Below, in pieces: positions 8,564-20,900 of a stretch of 60,066 nt of DNA. The translations under genes and the position numbers were made by a program. The notes beneath the pieces are model-generated. The model was not told where the DNA came from, did no database searches, and saw only the letters and a list, made by a program, of their open reading frames with translations. How positions within the stretch are numbered: position 1 is the stretch's first letter; every line of letters starts with the position of its first letter. The DNA comes from a virus (taxonomy: Duplodnaviria; Caudoviricetes), in the IMG/VR virus record IMGVR_UViG_3300027367_000243, positions 1 to 60,066 of that record. One strand, given 5' to 3'.

Positions 8564-11500
8564 ATGCCAAGTGTAAACAAACAACAATTAATAGCGGTAC
8601 TTCCTGAATACAGCAATGTTATTAGAGGACAACAAGACGCCGCAACTATTACCTTACATAAAGATTATGTAGGTAACTCAATAGACATAGGATCTATTAC
8701 TGACGTAAAAGTTGAATATTTAAATAACGATTTAACTGTATTTAAAACTCAGTCAAAAGTAAACGCAACATTAACTTCTGGTTCTGGTGAGAGTAGGAAT
8801 GCTATAAGCCTTTCTATGACTGGTGATGAAACTTTAGCGTTAACATTAGATGCAAATAACATTAACGGAGAAGTATGGGCAAGAATAACTATTACTGAAG
8901 GTATTAGCCCAGTTGTATTACCTCTTTTAAAATTAGGTAATGTATATAATCCAGGCCAATCAATTGGTGATACTGTAGCATCTAGATATGGAATGCCAAG
9001 TACAGTATATGGAATTAAGGATTTAGGTAATCAATATGATGGATCTAATCCTGCGGCTGGACAAATCTATTTTAACTCAGATATTCCATCTCAAGTTAGT
9101 AAAATTAAACTAGCTGTTAAAGATGATAAAGGATTTAGAAATGAATACTTAGAAAATTTACTAGAAAAAAGAATTACTGTTGATGGAAACTCAACAAACA
9201 TATTCTTTACTAATACAAAAAACAACAGTGAATACGCTGTATACCAAATTACATCTTGGAACTGGGTAAATGTTACAGACTTAGATTCTGCTAATCCTAA
9301 CTCAGAAGAAGATGATGATGCAATAGAATTAAATGTAACTTTCGATTCTAACTCAACAATACCAGGTGAAATATATCAATTCACTATAGGTGATGACTTT
9401 GGGTTATTCTACGAAACATATAATATATCTGCACCATCTAATGTAATGGTAGATGTTAATGGTACAAGATACAATGATATTAGATTAATTAATATGACTG
9501 GTGGTGTTATCGCTAGTGAAGATAAAGATAACTTCCCTAATCAAATTAATTTACAATATTCCGAACAATTTACTTCTTCCGGATCTTCAGGAACTTCTGG
9601 TTCAAGTGGTGTTGATGGTCCTCAAGGTATTCAAGGTGAAAAAGGTGATCGAGGTGATGGTGGACTAACTGGTCTTAAAGGTGAAGATGGTAGAGTCGGT
9701 GATAAAGGAGACATTGGTGTCGATGGTGCTGTAGGACCAATTGGACCAATTGGACCACAAGGTGCATCTGGAAATGATGGAGCTGATGGAGCTCAAGGTT
9801 TACAAGGCTTACAAGGCTTACAAGGTCTTAGAGGTGAAGTTGGAGCAAACGGTGTTGATGGTAACAATGGTGTTGATGGTGTTGATGGAGCTAAAGGTGA
9901 AGAAGGTGCTTCTGCATATAGAGTATATGCGGATGGCGAATCTAATCCTCTTTCAAAAAGTGATTGGCTAAAAACATTAATAGGTCCTGACGGAGCTGCT
10001 GGTGCTCAAGGAGCAACTGGTGCTGATGGTGTTGATGGAGCTGACGGTGCAGATTCTACTGTAGCTGGTCCTGCTGGAGCTGATGGTGCTAAAGGAGATC
10101 AAGGAGATATAGGTGCACAAGGTGCAACTGGAGCTCAAGGTGCTACTGGTGCAGATTCTACTGTACCTGGTCCTGCTGGAACTGACGGTGAAAAAGGTGC
10201 TGATGGTGCTGACGGACCACAAGGTCCATCCGGTGGACAAGGTTTACAAGGTATTCAAGGAGCTGCTGGACCTAGAGGAGATAAAGGAGACGTAGGTCAA
10301 AGAGGTGAAAAAGGTGAAAGAGGTGATGCTGGCGTAGATGGTGCTGATGGTGCTGACGGAGCACAAGGAGCTCAAGGAGCAACTGGTGCTGATGGTGCAG
10401 CTGGAGATAGAGGATTTGATGGAGCTCAAGGTAATCAAGGTGACCCGGGTCAAAAAGGTCAAACTGGTATTCAGGGTATTCAAGGTGCTCAAGGAGCACA
10501 AGGTGCTGCTGGTAACGATGGCGCTGATTCTACTGTAGCTGGTCCTGCTGGTAACGATGGCGCTGACGGCGTTGACGGAGCTAAAGGAGATCAAGGTGCC
10601 ACTGGTGCTGCTGGAGCTCAAGGAGCAACTGGTGCACAAGGTGTTGCTGGTGAAAAAGGTGAAGATGGTCAAAAAGGTGAAACTGGTCAAAATGGAGCTA
10701 ATGGTGCTGATGGAGCTGACGGTAACGTTGGTGCTCAAGGTGCTCAGGGAACTCAAGGAGCAACTGGTGCTGCTGGACCACAAGGTAATAAAGGTAATCA
10801 AGGTGAAAAAGGTAACCAAGGTGAAGTTGGAGCAACTGGTGCAGATTCTACTGTAGCAGGTCCAACTGGTAATAAAGGTGATGTAGGTGTTCAAGGAGCC
10901 CCTGGCGTTGCTGGTGCTAAAGGTGAACAAGGTGTTGCTGGTAATGATGGTGCTAAAGGAGATCAAGGAGATATTGGCGCTCAAGGTGCTCAAGGTGAAA
11001 CAGGAGCAACTGGTGCAGATTCTACTGTAGCTGGTCCTGCTGGTAACGATGGTGCTGCCGGAGCTAAAGGAGAACCTGGAGCAGAAGGTGCTGCTGGAGC
11101 ACAGGGTAATCCTGGTGCAGATTCTACTGTAGCCGGTCCTGCTGGAGCTAAAGGAGAGCCTGGAGCTGATGGAGCTGATGGAGCTGCTGGTGCTGACGGA
11201 GCAACAGGTGGCGTAGGCCCTGGCATTACACTTAAAGGTAATGTTGCTAATGTAGGTGATTTACCTGCAAATGGAAATACACAAGGAGATGCTTATATAG
11301 TACAATCAAATGATTCAATGTGGATCTGGAACGGATCTGTATGGATTGACGGTGGATCTATTCAAGGACCACAAGGGTTAAAAGGTGATTTAGGTCCTGG
11401 AGGTCCTGATGGTGCTCCTGGAGCTAAAGGAGAGCCTGGAGCTGATGGAGTTAATGGAGCTGATGGTGCTGATGGTGCTGCTGGTAACGATGGTGCTGCT

Positions 11501-12218
11501 GGAGCTAAAGGAGAACCTGGAGCTGATGGTGCTGCTGGTAACGATGGTGCTGCTGGAGCTAAAGGAGAAGCTGGAGATCAAGGTATTCAAGGTGTAAGCT
11601 AAAGGAGAAGCTGGAGATCAAGGTATTCAAGGTGTAACTGGTAGTACTGGTCCTGCTGGAGCTAAAGGAGAACCTGGAGCTGATGGTGCTGCTGGTACTA
11701 AAGGAGAAGCTGGAGCTGGCGGTGGCGCTGGTGGCGGAGTTAAATACTTATTAAGATTAGAATATGATGTTAATGAAACTCTAGTTACAAGTAATACTAC
11801 ATTTGTTACTGCAACTGGATTTGCAACTGCAGGAGCAAGTGTTGTTTCTCAAACTGCAAATGCTGGTTCAAACACTGGGCATAATGTAACTCTTAATTTC
11901 GCAGACACGAATCCTCCAACATCGATTATCGGTTATGGTTGGAATCCTCAGACTGGAAATTATACAGCTGCGGCATACGATAGAGATACTAAACAAGTAC
12001 AATACGAAGTAGGTCTTAGTGCATTTACTAACCAATCAACTACAGACGGTGGTTCTGGTGATAACGGACAATGGGCTGGAGCTTCATTCTCTGGTGCTGG
12101 ATCATATAACATCAAATTAGATGTTGATCAGTCAGCGTTATCTTATGGTAATGCAGTTGCTGGAGCATTTGGAAACCCATCTAAGTTTCCTCATGCATAC
12201 TTAATAATTTCATTCTAA
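8564..12218 (+). CDS. collagen-like fibre protein, frameshifted at a 40-bp tandem duplication (1204 aa if one copy is removed)
   Basis: Globular N-terminus, long Gly-X-Y region; ORF stops at 11602 but Gly-X-Y and a globular C-terminal domain continue in the shifted frame 11598-12218. Confidence 0.8.
11558..11637 (+). repeat. exact 40-bp direct tandem duplication
   Basis: gctaaaggagaagctggagatcaaggtattcaaggtgtaa at 11558-11597 and 11598-11637. Confidence 0.95.
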
Positions 12219-12233
12219 TAAGTAATAAAAGAT

Positions 12234-12256
12234 AGGGTGGCTTCGGCCACCCTTTA
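12234..12256 (+). terminator. stem-loop with cUUCGg tetraloop (terminator or RNA-stabilising hairpin)
   Basis: agggtggc-ttcg-gccaccct, short T run. Confidence 0.65.
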
Positions 12257-12275
12257 AATAATAACAAAAAGGTAA

Positions 12276-14207
12276 ATGGCTAATTACAACATAGATAACC
12301 CGATACTATTCTTAAAAGGAACAGTAACATCTACAGAAATATCTAAGAGATATGAACATAATGATGAATCCGGATTAGGACCTAATGGTTCTAATATTGG
12401 TATTGAATTTAATATTACTGTTAGTTCTATTGATACTCAATCAATTGGTTCTGATGAAACTAGATCTGGTACTACTAGAGCCTATACAGGATTAGATATT
12501 AAAACTGGAGATTGGTTAGTTAATAACGAGGGTAAAACTTGTTTACAGATAATTAAGATGAATGCAAAGTCTGAAGCTTCTGTTTCTTTTGTTGCAAAAG
12601 ATGTAGATGCATTCTCATATAAAAACTATAGAGCAAATGGTTTTATTGCTGGAATTACAGAAGTTGCTTTCTTTGAAGTATCTGATTCTGGTAAACCATT
12701 AATCGCAGGTGAAGATGCTGCTAGTTTCTTTGGTGATAAAGTAGCTGTAGATTTACTACAGTCTAGATTTGCTATTCAAGAAGAAGACGAAAGATTTAGA
12801 ATGGAGTTCGATACTCCACAAACTGTAAGTAAAGGTCAAATAGTTAGTATTGGTGCTGATGGTAATCTATTACCATTTGGAAATGCAGGTGCTTTTGATT
12901 TTAAATTAGGACTAGTTGTTTCAACAGGCTATAACAATACAGTGGTTCATATTAAACCATTCAATACTATTATTGATAATTTTAATGTTCCATCTAGTTT
13001 AGCTGCAGGATCCGCAGGTGATACATGGTATACTTCAAATATAAAAGCTGGAGATATTACTAATGTTGAAGCAGATGGAGGAGATAAAGTTTACTTTCAA
13101 TTTAGAGATGCTATTCCTACTGTAGTTACAGCAAGTGTTGCTAATATAGCATCAACTACTGGAGACTCACTTAATATAAATACAATAAATTACGCAGTAG
13201 CTAACTTTGAAAATTTAGATACTGCAGGAATAGTTGCTTTAATCAATCAAGATAGCGCGGACAGCGGTGTAGTAGCAAGTAACCCTTTATTACCAACTAT
13301 ATTAAAATCTTATGATGGTGGTTTAAACCCAGCAAATGGTGATGTTGTGATAGTATCTTCTGCCGATGCAGGAGCAAATAACTCTGTTATGTCGATTACA
13401 ATTTCAGATGGTAATAATAGTAGTGATGTCCTTTTTGGAACATCCGACGGAACATTCCCTGGAACTGGAGGTGCATACTTAACTATTTCAGCTACTCAAA
13501 TGGCTATAGATATTAATACAGCTTGTACAGCAAACAATGTTGATATTACAGCTTCTACTGAAGCAAACACAGGTGGTAACAACAATGCATCATATCCAAG
13601 GTTAGTTTTAACTTTAGGTTCAGGTATTGGTGGTACTGCAACTGGTATTACAATTACGGAAACAGCTGGTGATGCTGCTGGGCAAACTTTTGCACAAGCA
13701 ACAGCAATGCCACTTACAGCAACAGTATCTACTGATTCTATTCTAACATTAACAAGAGCAGATGGTGGTGATATTGGCTTAACTGGAAGTGGTACATTCG
13801 TTAACGCTAACGGTATGGTATCTTCATCTGCAGGTACTCCACCTCTTTTAGTAATGATCGAGGATGAAGAAGGATCTGGCGGAGGAGTTGCTGAAACAGG
13901 TGTTGATATTAGAGAAGTAATTTCATGTAATAATACATCTAACGATGGAGATCCAGTAGGTGGTAGTATTACATATACTCCGTTCTCAGACGGTAATGTA
14001 ATAATTAAAGTAAATGGATTAGCTGCCGGTTTATCAAACGATAAATCTGGCCCTATTTATTTTTCAGATGACGATGGAACAACTGCAAAAACAATTGCAA
14101 ATATTACTGCTGGAGATTCTTTATATTGGAATGGTTCAGTTGCAGGTTATCAATTAGAGACTAGTGATGATTTAGATATTGCATATCAAAAATCTTCTAA
14201 CGATTAA
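12276..14207 (+). CDS. putative virion structural protein
   Basis: 643 aa, G/S/T/D/N-rich, lies in the fibre module. Confidence 0.6.
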   Translation: MANYNIDNPILFLKGTVTSTEISKRYEHNDESGLGPNGSNIGIEFNITVSSIDTQSIGSDETRSGTTRAYTGLDIKTGDWLVNNEGKTCLQIIKMNAKSEASVSFVAKDVDAFSYKNYRANGFIAGITEVAFFEVSDSGKPLIAGEDAASFFGDKVAVDLLQSRFAIQEEDERFRMEFDTPQTVSKGQIVSIGADGNLLPFGNAGAFDFKLGLVVSTGYNNTVVHIKPFNTIIDNFNVPSSLAAGSAGDTWYTSNIKAGDITNVEADGGDKVYFQFRDAIPTVVTASVANIASTTGDSLNINTINYAVANFENLDTAGIVALINQDSADSGVVASNPLLPTILKSYDGGLNPANGDVVIVSSADAGANNSVMSITISDGNNSSDVLFGTSDGTFPGTGGAYLTISATQMAIDINTACTANNVDITASTEANTGGNNNASYPRLVLTLGSGIGGTATGITITETAGDAAGQTFAQATAMPLTATVSTDSILTLTRADGGDIGLTGSGTFVNANGMVSSSAGTPPLLVMIEDEEGSGGGVAETGVDIREVISCNNTSNDGDPVGGSITYTPFSDGNVIIKVNGLAAGLSNDKSGPIYFSDDDGTTAKTIANITAGDSLYWNGSVAGYQLETSDDLDIAYQKSSND

Positions 14208-14229
14208 TCATTTCTACTAAATAATACTT

Positions 14230-14257
14230 AAAGCCGCTATATAGCGGCTTTTTTTTT
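14230..14257 (+). terminator. intrinsic terminator
   Basis: aaagccgcta-ta-tagcggcttt followed by T tract. Confidence 0.85.
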
Positions 14258-14390
14258 GCAGTAAAAATAAATAAAAATAAATGTTGCTTAAAGCGGCAAT
14301 TCTCCTTTAAAAATAATTATATAACGATAAATATAACTCAAGGGGGAACACTTACGTTTCCTTTAGGCCTAAATAAACAACATAAACAAC

Positions 14391-15599
14391 ATGGCAAGAT
14401 TAAAAGTAAAACAAATTAGTGATTTCACTACTGCTGTTCAAACGCTTATCGATAACGATGTGGATCAAAATGCTGGAGATATTTCTTCTGCACTTTCTGC
14501 TGGTGTATCTGCGGGTGTAAATGCTGATGGAGTTCAGACAAACCTTAATACGGTTTCTGATGCTTTATCTGTAGAGGTTTCATCTACTAATTCTGACGTA
14601 GTTAGAATTGATGCTCTTTTAGCTTCAGCTGCAGGTAACGCGGACGTAACCGCAGTATCTGACGCTTTAAGCGTAGAGATTTCATCTACTAATTCAGATG
14701 TAGTTAGAATTGATGCTGCTGTAAGCACTGAGATTTCATCTACTAATTCTGACGTAGTTAGAATTGATGCTCTTTTAGCATCAGTTGCTACTGACGGAGA
14801 GTTATCTTCAGAAGTTGCATCTATTGACACTAGAATTTCTAATGAAGAAAGTACTAGATCTGCAGACGTAAAAGCTGTAAGCGACGCTGTAGTAGCTATC
14901 TTAGATGGTTCTACTACTAACTTAGATCAGTTTGCTGAAGTTATTTCTTACGTTGACAGTTTAGATACTGCTGACGGTGGAGCATTAACATCTCAAATTG
15001 CATCTTTAGAAGGCGTAGTTTCTGCTAATTCATCAAGTGATGTAGTTCTTTCTACTGCTTTAAGCACTGAAGTTTCTGCAACAAACTCTGATGTACTTAG
15101 TATTGAGACTGTATTAGGGACGATGGGAACATCTGAAACTATTACAGCTATCTCTACTGGTTTATCAACTGAGATTTCTACTACTAATTCAGAAATAGTT
15201 GCGATTGACAATTCAATCGACGCATTAGAAGCACAGATGTTATCTGTAGCGACTGACGCTGAGCTTGGAACTATCTCAACTGCTTTAAGTAGTGAAGTTT
15301 CTGCAACAAACTCTGATGTAACTAGCTTAGAAAACTTGATCGGTACTGCTGATGATATGGCTCATGAATTTGGTACCTTTAGAGGTGTCACTTCATTCGC
15401 TATCGCTAACGCGGTTCAATTCTCAGGCACAGATGATTTATTAGTATTTGTTAACGGACACAATATTCACCCATTTACTGGGAATGAAGAAACTGGTGTA
15501 GGTTATCAAACTCCTGATGGATTAACATTCAATTTCACAAATATTGGATATGACTTAGAAGCGACAGATACTTTCTACGTAACTGGTAAAAAAGCATAA
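14391..15599 (+). CDS. putative coiled-coil fibre protein with LSxEISSTNSDV repeats
   Basis: About six repeats of (L/V)S(T/V/S)E(I/V)S(S/A/T)TNS(D/E); acidic S/T/A-rich; globular C-terminus. Confidence 0.6.
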   Translation: MARLKVKQISDFTTAVQTLIDNDVDQNAGDISSALSAGVSAGVNADGVQTNLNTVSDALSVEVSSTNSDVVRIDALLASAAGNADVTAVSDALSVEISSTNSDVVRIDAAVSTEISSTNSDVVRIDALLASVATDGELSSEVASIDTRISNEESTRSADVKAVSDAVVAILDGSTTNLDQFAEVISYVDSLDTADGGALTSQIASLEGVVSANSSSDVVLSTALSTEVSATNSDVLSIETVLGTMGTSETITAISTGLSTEISTTNSEIVAIDNSIDALEAQMLSVATDAELGTISTALSSEVSATNSDVTSLENLIGTADDMAHEFGTFRGVTSFAIANAVQFSGTDDLLVFVNGHNIHPFTGNEETGVGYQTPDGLTFNFTNIGYDLEATDTFYVTGKKA

Positions 15600-15625
15600 T
15601 TAATTAATTTTAATTAGGTAAATTT

Positions 15626-15652
15626 AAGGGTCCCTTCGGGGACCCTTTTTTA
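15626..15652 (+). terminator. intrinsic terminator with UUCG loop
   Basis: aagggtccc-ttcg-gggaccctt plus T tract. Confidence 0.9.
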
Positions 15653-15659
15653 TTTGTAA

Positions 15660-15668
15660 GATATATAA
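15660..15668 (+). promoter_or_regulatory. GATATATAA putative late promoter
   Basis: Directly after terminator, 27 nt before ATG. Confidence 0.6.
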
Positions 15669-15695
15669 AGCGTAGCTAAAATTATACATAAATTT

Positions 15696-16964
15696 ATGAA
15701 AATAGGAATAACTTTAGGTCTTAAGAAGAAGAATGAAAGTATGTGGATTAATGGTATTAAGCTTAATGCCATATTTTTAATGAATGCTTTACAAAAGACT
15801 GGAAATAAAGTAGTTTTATTAGATACTAGTAATGAAGTTTCTAGATCTAAATCCGGGAAATTAAAAGACGATGAGATTGTATGGGATTCTAAAAAGTTTC
15901 CAATATATGATTACACTAAACATTTACATACTTGTGATATACTAATATTATTAGGAACTGCAATTGGACCAGAACATGTAGATAATTTTAAATTAACAGG
16001 TCCAAATAAAAAGGTTATCAAATATGCATGTGGAAATAACTACGTTATTGACATGGAAAACATGATACACAAAAAAGGCGAAGAGGTAGAAAAGATCGGA
16101 GTTACATTTAATCAAAATATAGACGAGGTGTGGTATGTTCCTCAACAAGGCTACCAAAACCAAGACTATTATTCTATTACACATAGGTTACCAAAAGAAA
16201 AAGTATTTCCAGTACCTTTTGTTTGGGACCCAATGTTTATTGATGAGATTGAAGGTCAATATGGTGGAATGGTTGTAGATGAAGATGGTAATGAAATGCA
16301 AAAGACTGATGATATTCCTGTTTACCAACCTGGTAAAAAGACTAAAGATTTAGAATTAACTGTATTTGAACCAAATTTAAACGTGGTAAAATTCAGCATG
16401 ATACCTATGTTAATCGCAGAACAATATTTACATAATGGCGGTGATTTGTTTAAAAGGCTAAATATTATTAGTGCTTCTGGTTTATATAAAAATCCTCTTT
16501 GGCAAAAGTTTGTAGCTAAGCTACATCTTACTGAGAAGAAAAATAAAGATAATGAAAGTTTATTAATGGTAAGACATAGATTTCCTATCCATTACATATT
16601 ATCAAAAATGACAGATATTGTAATATCGCACCAATGGGAAAACCCGCTTAACTACGCTTATTTAGATGTGATGTATTTACAATTCCCTTTAATCCATAAT
16701 GCTGATATGATTAAAGATGCTGGTTACTTTTATCCAGACTTTGAGGCAGAAAAAGGAGCTGATCTATTAAAGTGGGTTATAGATAACCATGACGACAACA
16801 TAGACTCGTATAACGAAAAGAACGAAGAAGTCCTAACAAGATATACAGTTTACAACGAGGGTCTAGTAGACACATACAAGAAGCTCTTAGAAAACCTAAA
16901 AGCCGGAGAAAACAAACACAGTTTAAGTTTAGAATATGACTGGAAAACAAATCTATATAAATAA
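15696..16964 (+). CDS. DUF2827-like protein (putative GT-B glycosyltransferase)
   Basis: MKIGIT..W.NGI..N, CGN.Y, VPFVWDP, FEPNLNVVK, VISHQWENPLNY.YLD, PLIHN recalled as DUF2827-family motifs. Confidence 0.65.
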   Translation: MKIGITLGLKKKNESMWINGIKLNAIFLMNALQKTGNKVVLLDTSNEVSRSKSGKLKDDEIVWDSKKFPIYDYTKHLHTCDILILLGTAIGPEHVDNFKLTGPNKKVIKYACGNNYVIDMENMIHKKGEEVEKIGVTFNQNIDEVWYVPQQGYQNQDYYSITHRLPKEKVFPVPFVWDPMFIDEIEGQYGGMVVDEDGNEMQKTDDIPVYQPGKKTKDLELTVFEPNLNVVKFSMIPMLIAEQYLHNGGDLFKRLNIISASGLYKNPLWQKFVAKLHLTEKKNKDNESLLMVRHRFPIHYILSKMTDIVISHQWENPLNYAYLDVMYLQFPLIHNADMIKDAGYFYPDFEAEKGADLLKWVIDNHDDNIDSYNEKNEEVLTRYTVYNEGLVDTYKKLLENLKAGENKHSLSLEYDWKTNLYK

Positions 16965-17848
16965 TGAATAAAAACGCTATAATAGTTTATATTAATGATT
17001 CTGATAAAGCACTAACAGAATTTAGTTGGCTATATAAGACCTGGTTAATGTGGTCTATAGATAAATCATGGGATATAGTAGCATTTGCTAATCCATCTAT
17101 AATAGAAGACTTTAAATCAAAATTTCATCATGAAAATTTAAAAGTTATTGAGATGTTATCATCAGATACTCCAATTGCTAATCCTTATGCAATGTTTAAA
17201 GATGATAATAACATTGAAATGCTAAAAGAATATGAATTCTTATTTAGAACAGAATGTGATAGTTTCTTAACTAAACATTTTGCAGATTTTAAACCATGGA
17301 GAGATAAAGTGTATGTTGGCATTGGATTACATGCAGCAACAACTCATCCTGGAGATTTAATTAGAGAGAAATTAAAAATCATATCTAGTACTTTAGGACT
17401 TAAATGGTATGGTCATTCACATATAGGCCATAATTTATTAGCTAGTTCTGAAATGGTAATTGCAAATTCTATATTACAGACAGGTTTAACTAAATGGTTA
17501 TTAGAAAATAGCTTTACAAATGGGGATGGAGCATATCCAAGTTGGTTTAAAGGGGAAGTCTCCCAGTATGCACATGAATTAGTAATAAATAGTAATGTTA
17601 GCCCCTTGGGAATACACCAAGGCAGTATTGATACATGGTGCGGTAGTAATGAAATAACTTCATTAGATCTACACATAAGAGCATGGCCACAATCGAATGA
17701 TGCCTTTTTTGATAAAGTGAAATACCACGCTGGTAATTTACCTAAAATTAAATTTAATGAAGTACCTAAAACTGCTGGAGAATACTGTGTATTCGTGGCA
17801 GATACAGATATTAAAGAGATGCTTTTATTAAATAAACAAAATATTTAA
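16964..17848 (+). CDS. hypothetical protein, possible degenerate GT-A-like fold
   Basis: YEFLFRTECDSFLT resembles a DxD-region; coupled to upstream gene. Confidence 0.5.
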   Translation: MNKNAIIVYINDSDKALTEFSWLYKTWLMWSIDKSWDIVAFANPSIIEDFKSKFHHENLKVIEMLSSDTPIANPYAMFKDDNNIEMLKEYEFLFRTECDSFLTKHFADFKPWRDKVYVGIGLHAATTHPGDLIREKLKIISSTLGLKWYGHSHIGHNLLASSEMVIANSILQTGLTKWLLENSFTNGDGAYPSWFKGEVSQYAHELVINSNVSPLGIHQGSIDTWCGSNEITSLDLHIRAWPQSNDAFFDKVKYHAGNLPKIKFNEVPKTAGEYCVFVADTDIKEMLLLNKQNI

Positions 17849-17887
17849 AATTTCAAAAGGTATTTAACCCTTTAGAAGTTAAGATAC

Positions 17888-17898
17888 GATATATAATA
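17888..17898 (+). promoter_or_regulatory. GATATATA(TAA) putative late promoter
   Basis: Upstream of Ser/Gly fibre gene. Confidence 0.55.
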
Positions 17899-17927
17899 TA
17901 ACGCGAAAAAAATACAAACAGTATTAA

Positions 17928-20900
17928 ATGTCTAGACTAAAATTAAAACAAATTCAAGAGATACTGCTAAGCAACCTACAGAATGGTGATTATTTAGCAT
18001 ATAACTCAACAAATGCCACTTTTGAAAACACCGCTGCACCATTAGATGGTAGCTCGGGAACAAGCGGAAGTTCAGGAACAAGCGGTTCAAGTGGAACATC
18101 TGGTTCTGACGGAACCTCCGGTTCAAGTGGCTCAAGCGGAACATCTGGTTCTGATGGATCAAGCGGTTCAAGCGGAACATCAGGTTCTTCAGGTATTGAT
18201 GGTGAAAAAGGTGCTGATGGTGCAGCCGGTTCTTCGGGAACTTCTGGATCAAGTGGTGTTGATGGATCTTCAGGAACTTCTGGTTCTTCAGGTATTGATG
18301 GTGAATTAGGACCTGCTGGTGAAGATGGGGCTCCTGGTTCAAGTGGAACATCTGGATCAAGTGGCTCAAGCGGAACTTCTGGTTCAAGTGGAACTTCTGG
18401 ATCTGACGGTTCATCTGGATCGAGTGGAACTTCTGGATCAAGCGGAACATCTGGTGCTGATGGTGAAGGCGGGGAACAAGGTGAAAAAGGTGATGCAGGA
18501 ACTTCTGGTTCTTCTGGAACATCTGGCTCTGACGGCTCAAGCGGATCTTCAGGAACATCTGGTTCTGACGGATCTTCTGGAACATCTGGATCTGATGGTA
18601 CATCTGGATCTGACGGTTCATCTGGTTCAAGCGGAACATCTGGTTCTGATGGTACATCTGGTTCTTCTGGAACATCTGGTTCTGACGGATCTTCTGGAAC
18701 ATCTGGATCTGATGGTACATCTGGATCTGACGGTTCATCTGGTTCAAGCGGAACATCTGGTTCTGATGGTACATCTGGTAGTTCAGGTACTTCTGGTTCT
18801 GACGGCTCAAGCGGTTCTTCTGGAACATCTGGTTCTGACGGCTCAAGTGGCTCTTCAGGAACGTCTGGTTCTTCTGGATATTCAGGTGCTAAATCAGCAA
18901 ACGATATAGAAGGTTTAGGTAATGGTGAATTTGTAGGCCAAGTAGGTTTTACTTCAGACGGTAAAGTGTATATATGGACTGGAGATACATGGGAAGAAAC
19001 TCAAGATTTAAACGGTTCATCTGGATCAAGCGGAACATCTGGTTCTGACGGTTCATCTGGATCAAGCGGAACATCTGGTTCTGACGGTTCAAGTGGCTCA
19101 AGCGGAACATCTGGTTCTGATGGTACATCTGGTAGTTCAGGTACTTCTGGTTCTGATGGCTCAAGTGGTTCATCTGGAACATCTGGATCTGACGGTTCAT
19201 CTGGATCAAGCGGAACATCTGGTTCTGACGGTTCAAGTGGCTCAAGCGGAACATCTGGTTCAAGTGGTTCAAGTGGAACTTCTGGTTCAAGCGGAACATC
19301 TGGTTCAAGCGGTTCAAGTGGAACTTCTGGATCAAGTGGTTCATCTGGAACTTCTGGTTCTTCAGGTACTTCTGGTGCTGATGGTAACTTTGGTGGTGCA
19401 TCATTTGATTATACACTGGCATCTGCTACAGGAGCTTCACAACCTGCGGATGGTAGATTAAGACTTAGTAATTTTACTACTCAGAATGCAGCGAGTTCAA
19501 TTTATATAAATCAAACCGACGATGATAATGGTAGTGTAGAATCATTCTTTACAGCATTAGACGCAGTAACATCCGGTGTTAAAGCACATATTAGAATATC
19601 TAAAAAATTCAATACTGACGAATACTTATTATTTGCTATTGGAGATTTAACTGATAATGGTTTATGGTGGACATTAGGTGACTTATCAAATGTAGGTTCA
19701 TCATCCACGTCACCATTTAGTAATGGAGATGATATTGTAATTTCATTAGTCGCGACTGGTGATAAAGGTGACTCTGGTAGTTCAGGTAGCTCTGGTTCAT
19801 CTGGAACTTCTGGTTCTGATGGCTCAAGTGGTTCAAGTGGAACTTCTGGTTCTGATGGATCTTCTGGTTCTTCAGGAACATCTGGATCTGACGGTTCATC
19901 TGGAACTTCTGGTTCTGATGGTTCAAGTGGTTCAAGTGGAACTTCTGGTTCTGATGGCTCAAGTGGTTCATCTGGAACATCTGGATCTGATGGATCTTCT
20001 GGTTCATCTGGAACATCTGGATCTGATGGATCTTCTGGTTCTTCAGGTACATCTGGTTCAAGTGGAACATCTGGTTCTGACGGATCTTCTGGCTCAAGCG
20101 GCTCAAGCGGATCTTCTGGCTCAAGTGGAACATCTGGTTCATCTGGATATTCAGGTGCTAAATCAGGAACTAACTTAGCAGGTTTAGGTGAAGGTGAATT
20201 TACAGGTCAATTAGGTTATACCTCAGATGGTAAAATACATCAATGGAATGGTGAAGCATGGGAAGAAGTAAGAGACTTAGATGGTTCATCTGGTAGTTCA
20301 GGTTCATCTGGTTCATCTGGTTCAAGTGGATCTTCTGGTAGTTCAGGTACTTCTGGTTCTGATGGTTCAAGTGGTTCATCTGGAACTTCTGGTTCTGACG
20401 GTTCAAGTGGTTCATCTGGAACTTCTGGATCTGATGGTACATCTGGATCTTCTGGTTCAAGTGGATCTTCTGGTTCAAGTGGAACATCCGGATCATCTGG
20501 AACATCTGGTTCAAGTGGCTCAAGTGGTTCATCTGGTTCTGCTGGTTCATCTGGTAGTTCAGGTACAGCAACTATAACGAATCTTTCTAATAATAGAATA
20601 TTAACATCAACCGGCGTACAAGGTGCAGCTAACGCTGAAGCTAACGCGACATTTGATGGTACATCTCTAGTAGGTCCAACGCAATTTGCTGCGGCATCTG
20701 GAAACAACGCATCTAAATTTAGAATGTGGGGTAACTCTGCAACGTATGGTATTGGTATGGTATCAGGCCAAACGTTTGGTTACTTGAATGACTACGCAAT
20801 GATGTTCCAAATGAATAACCAAACAGGTAGAGGTTGGAAATGGCAATATGAAAGTCAAGCTGCTGGTTCAGGTGCTATGTCTTTGACAACAGATGGAAAA

